A stretch of 63,671 nucleotides of DNA, counting the filler, from Olpidium bornovanus S191 (Eukaryota > Fungi > Olpidiomycota): assembly GCA_017911155.1 (NCBI GenBank). It is 32 parts of 32 records of this genome, joined end to end, with 100 filler letters (N's around TTAATTAATTAA, not from the genome) between each part and the next. Parts side by side here need not be neighbours in the genome. Positions count along the whole stretch, not along the records: positions 59,271 to 62,229 come from JAEFCI010007703.1; positions 62,330 to 63,671 come from JAEFCI010004104.1; 30 more parts are not named here. The stretch is one strand, 5' to 3'. The translations under genes were made by a program, and so were the position numbers. This document shows, piece by piece, positions 61,910 to 63,671 of the stretch. Numbering within the stretch: the first letter of the stretch is position 1; every line of letters begins with the position of its first letter. Under the pieces are notes generated by a model. That model saw only the letters and a list, made by a program, of their open reading frames with translations, was not told the DNA's origin and made no database searches.

Positions 61910-62869
61910 ACGTTAGTTATCGCCCTCTGGACCGGCCCATCTGAGAAAAGAACTGCAAAGCTGACACGGGGCTGCGAGCACAGTTCAGTCCCCATCATCG
62001 CATTTGAAGACCGCAGAACTTGGATTCTCAACCAGCAGATCCTCAACCAGGAGATCCTCGTCAAAATGATGCTGGGCCAGTTAAACATGAAGAACGCCAA
62101 TCTCCGAGCATGCTCGCGCCGACCGAGCTGCAAACCGGGACCGAGGAGATTTCCAACCAATGGAAGATGTCTCATTTCACATTTTTTTTGCACTAGTCGC
62201 AAAACGACGGCAGGCAGGTTTCAGCAGCCNNNNNNNNNNNNNNNNNNNNNNNNNNNNNNNNNNNNNNNNNNNNTTAATTAATTAANNNNNNNNNNNNNNN
62301 NNNNNNNNNNNNNNNNNNNNNNNNNNNNNACATGTTGTTCTCCTTCGCCAACACGGAGCTGCACGGAACAGGCGTAATGGATCTCCCGGAAGGACACGAG
62401 GGCGGCCCGACGATGGCGCACGCCATTCCGCGCCGGCTGTGGTCGGCACATCAACCGGGAGGTGAATTTGGGCTCTGCACTCGGTTCACGGTGCTCTGAA
62501 CCTTCCGGTAATGATGGCATCCTCAGGCACTCTGGGGCCTTCGGGCGATGATTCCACCGAAAGCTCGGAAGGTACATCGGACGATGCTTGTGGTGGGAGG
62601 GGCTTTTGCGTAAACCGGATCTGTGGATCGGTAGTGCTGCCAATTTGTTTTGACGCCAGTCGTCTTGACATCCTTCATCCCTGACGCGCTTGTCGCCAAA
62701 ACTGGCCCGCATTTTGTCTTAATTGTGTTCGCCCACTGGTCAATTGTAGAAATCACGTGACCGCGCAACTGTCACACGGGGAAAAGGGAGGACCAAGAAA
62801 ATAAGCAAAGAGCTCTTCATTTTTTTTGCGCCGCCCAAACGCGAAAGGAGACACCTCTACCCGCCAGCC

Positions 62870-63390
62870 ATGGCCAAAAAAAAGAAGAGGCAGGCCCGTC
62901 CCTGGTGCTGGTGCGTGCGGCCGTGCATGCGTGCGTTCGTTTGTGTCAGAGGGGTCCGACCAAGAGCTCTTGGCGTCGTCCAACCTCGGGAACAACACTT
63001 GCACGTTCCCGTCCGCTGTTCAGTCCCGCGTGGGGAGAGGCGCGGATTATGCGGTCCCATGCCCGGCCGCCGGTTCCCCCTCGTGCGGATGGGGTGGGCG
63101 GAAGAGTGCCACTCCGAAGAGCGCGGCAAACCGCCCCTTCGGTTTTCCCACGTTTTTTTTTTTTTTTTTTTTTTTTTTGCTTGACCGCAGTTCGCTGACT
63201 TTTTTTCGTCCGCCGCCGGGCCCTGGCCCCGCTCAGGTACTGCAACCGCGACTTCGAGGACGAGAAGGTCCTTATACAGCACCAGCGGGCGAAGCATTAT
63301 AAATGCGGGCAGTGTGGGAAAAAGCTAAACACCGCGGGCGGTCTGGTCGTCCACACTGCTCAGGTCCACAAAGACAACCTGCAGTGGTAC
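62870..63390 (+). CDS. ZNF207: ZNF207/BuGZ zinc-finger protein, first two exons
   Basis: [14 protein letters not shown]|[45 protein letters not shown]. Confidence 0.95.
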
Positions 63391-63671
63391 GTGAGTGTGT
63401 GTCGGCAATGTAACCCTCCCCAATCCCCCCCCCCTTTTTTCCCTCCCCCTCACTTTCTCTTCCCCCTACCCCACCGCATAATTTTTGACCTCTCCCGCAG
63501 AGACTGCGTGAGCGGACGTTGTGTCATTTGCATCTCTGTTGTCCCAGCTCAAAACGCCCGCGCGTCTGTCGTGCCGCTGACGTCTGCTTCCTTTCTTATA
63601 CCGCAAATCCCACCTGCGGAATCCGCAAAATAATAATAAATAAATAAATAAAAACAAAAAACTCGCACATG

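Larger units (their letters stand above)
2578..62329. other. 31 artificial 100-bp contig linkers (N44-TTAATTAATTAA-N44; first 2578-2677, last 62230-62329) joining 32 contigs
   Basis: Identical linker structure repeated 31 times; TTAATTAATTAA gives stops in all six frames. Confidence 0.99.

Overview
This window is not one locus. It is 32 short eukaryotic contigs (about 1-3.4 kb) joined by 31 artificial 100-bp linkers (N44-TTAATTAATTAA-N44), so adjacency across linkers has no biological meaning. The DNA is GC-rich, intron-dense and full of homopolymer runs. Gene content (axonemal CFAP52, a GPI-type CotH protein, a chitin-binding CBM18 fragment, fungal-type eIF4G/VPS52/DRS2) points to a flagellated early-diverging fungus; an Olpidium-like lineage is my inference and is not proven. 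Recognisable genes, mostly partial: a BTB protein, VPS52, PSMG1, SRP68, a histidine phosphatase, CFAP52, eIF4G, RPL38, CotH, a divergent SKP1-like protein, GPATCH1, long-chain acyl-CoA synthetase, DRS2 flippase, a frameshifted eIF3c, KRI1, NECAP, a GFA/CENP-V protein, TIM9, thymidylate kinase, a ZZ-finger protein, RPL2 and ZNF207, plus one tRNA-His(GTG). Mobile DNA: a complete 545-bp hAT-type MITE (TIRs plus 8-bp TSD) and several decayed copia and gypsy remnants. Best leads: a CotH that appears to lack its catalytic and metal-binding aspartates (candidate surface pseudokinase), the intact MITE, a SKP1 paralogue with altered cullin- and F-box-binding regions, a multiply frameshifted eIF3c copy, a 6-nt micro-exon, frequent AAG splice acceptors, a phospho-site-rich repeat in eIF4G, and a ~54-aa insertion in CFAP52. 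I saw no CRISPR array or multi-gene novel system. All family assignments come from motif recall, not database searches, and exon coordinates are manual estimates.
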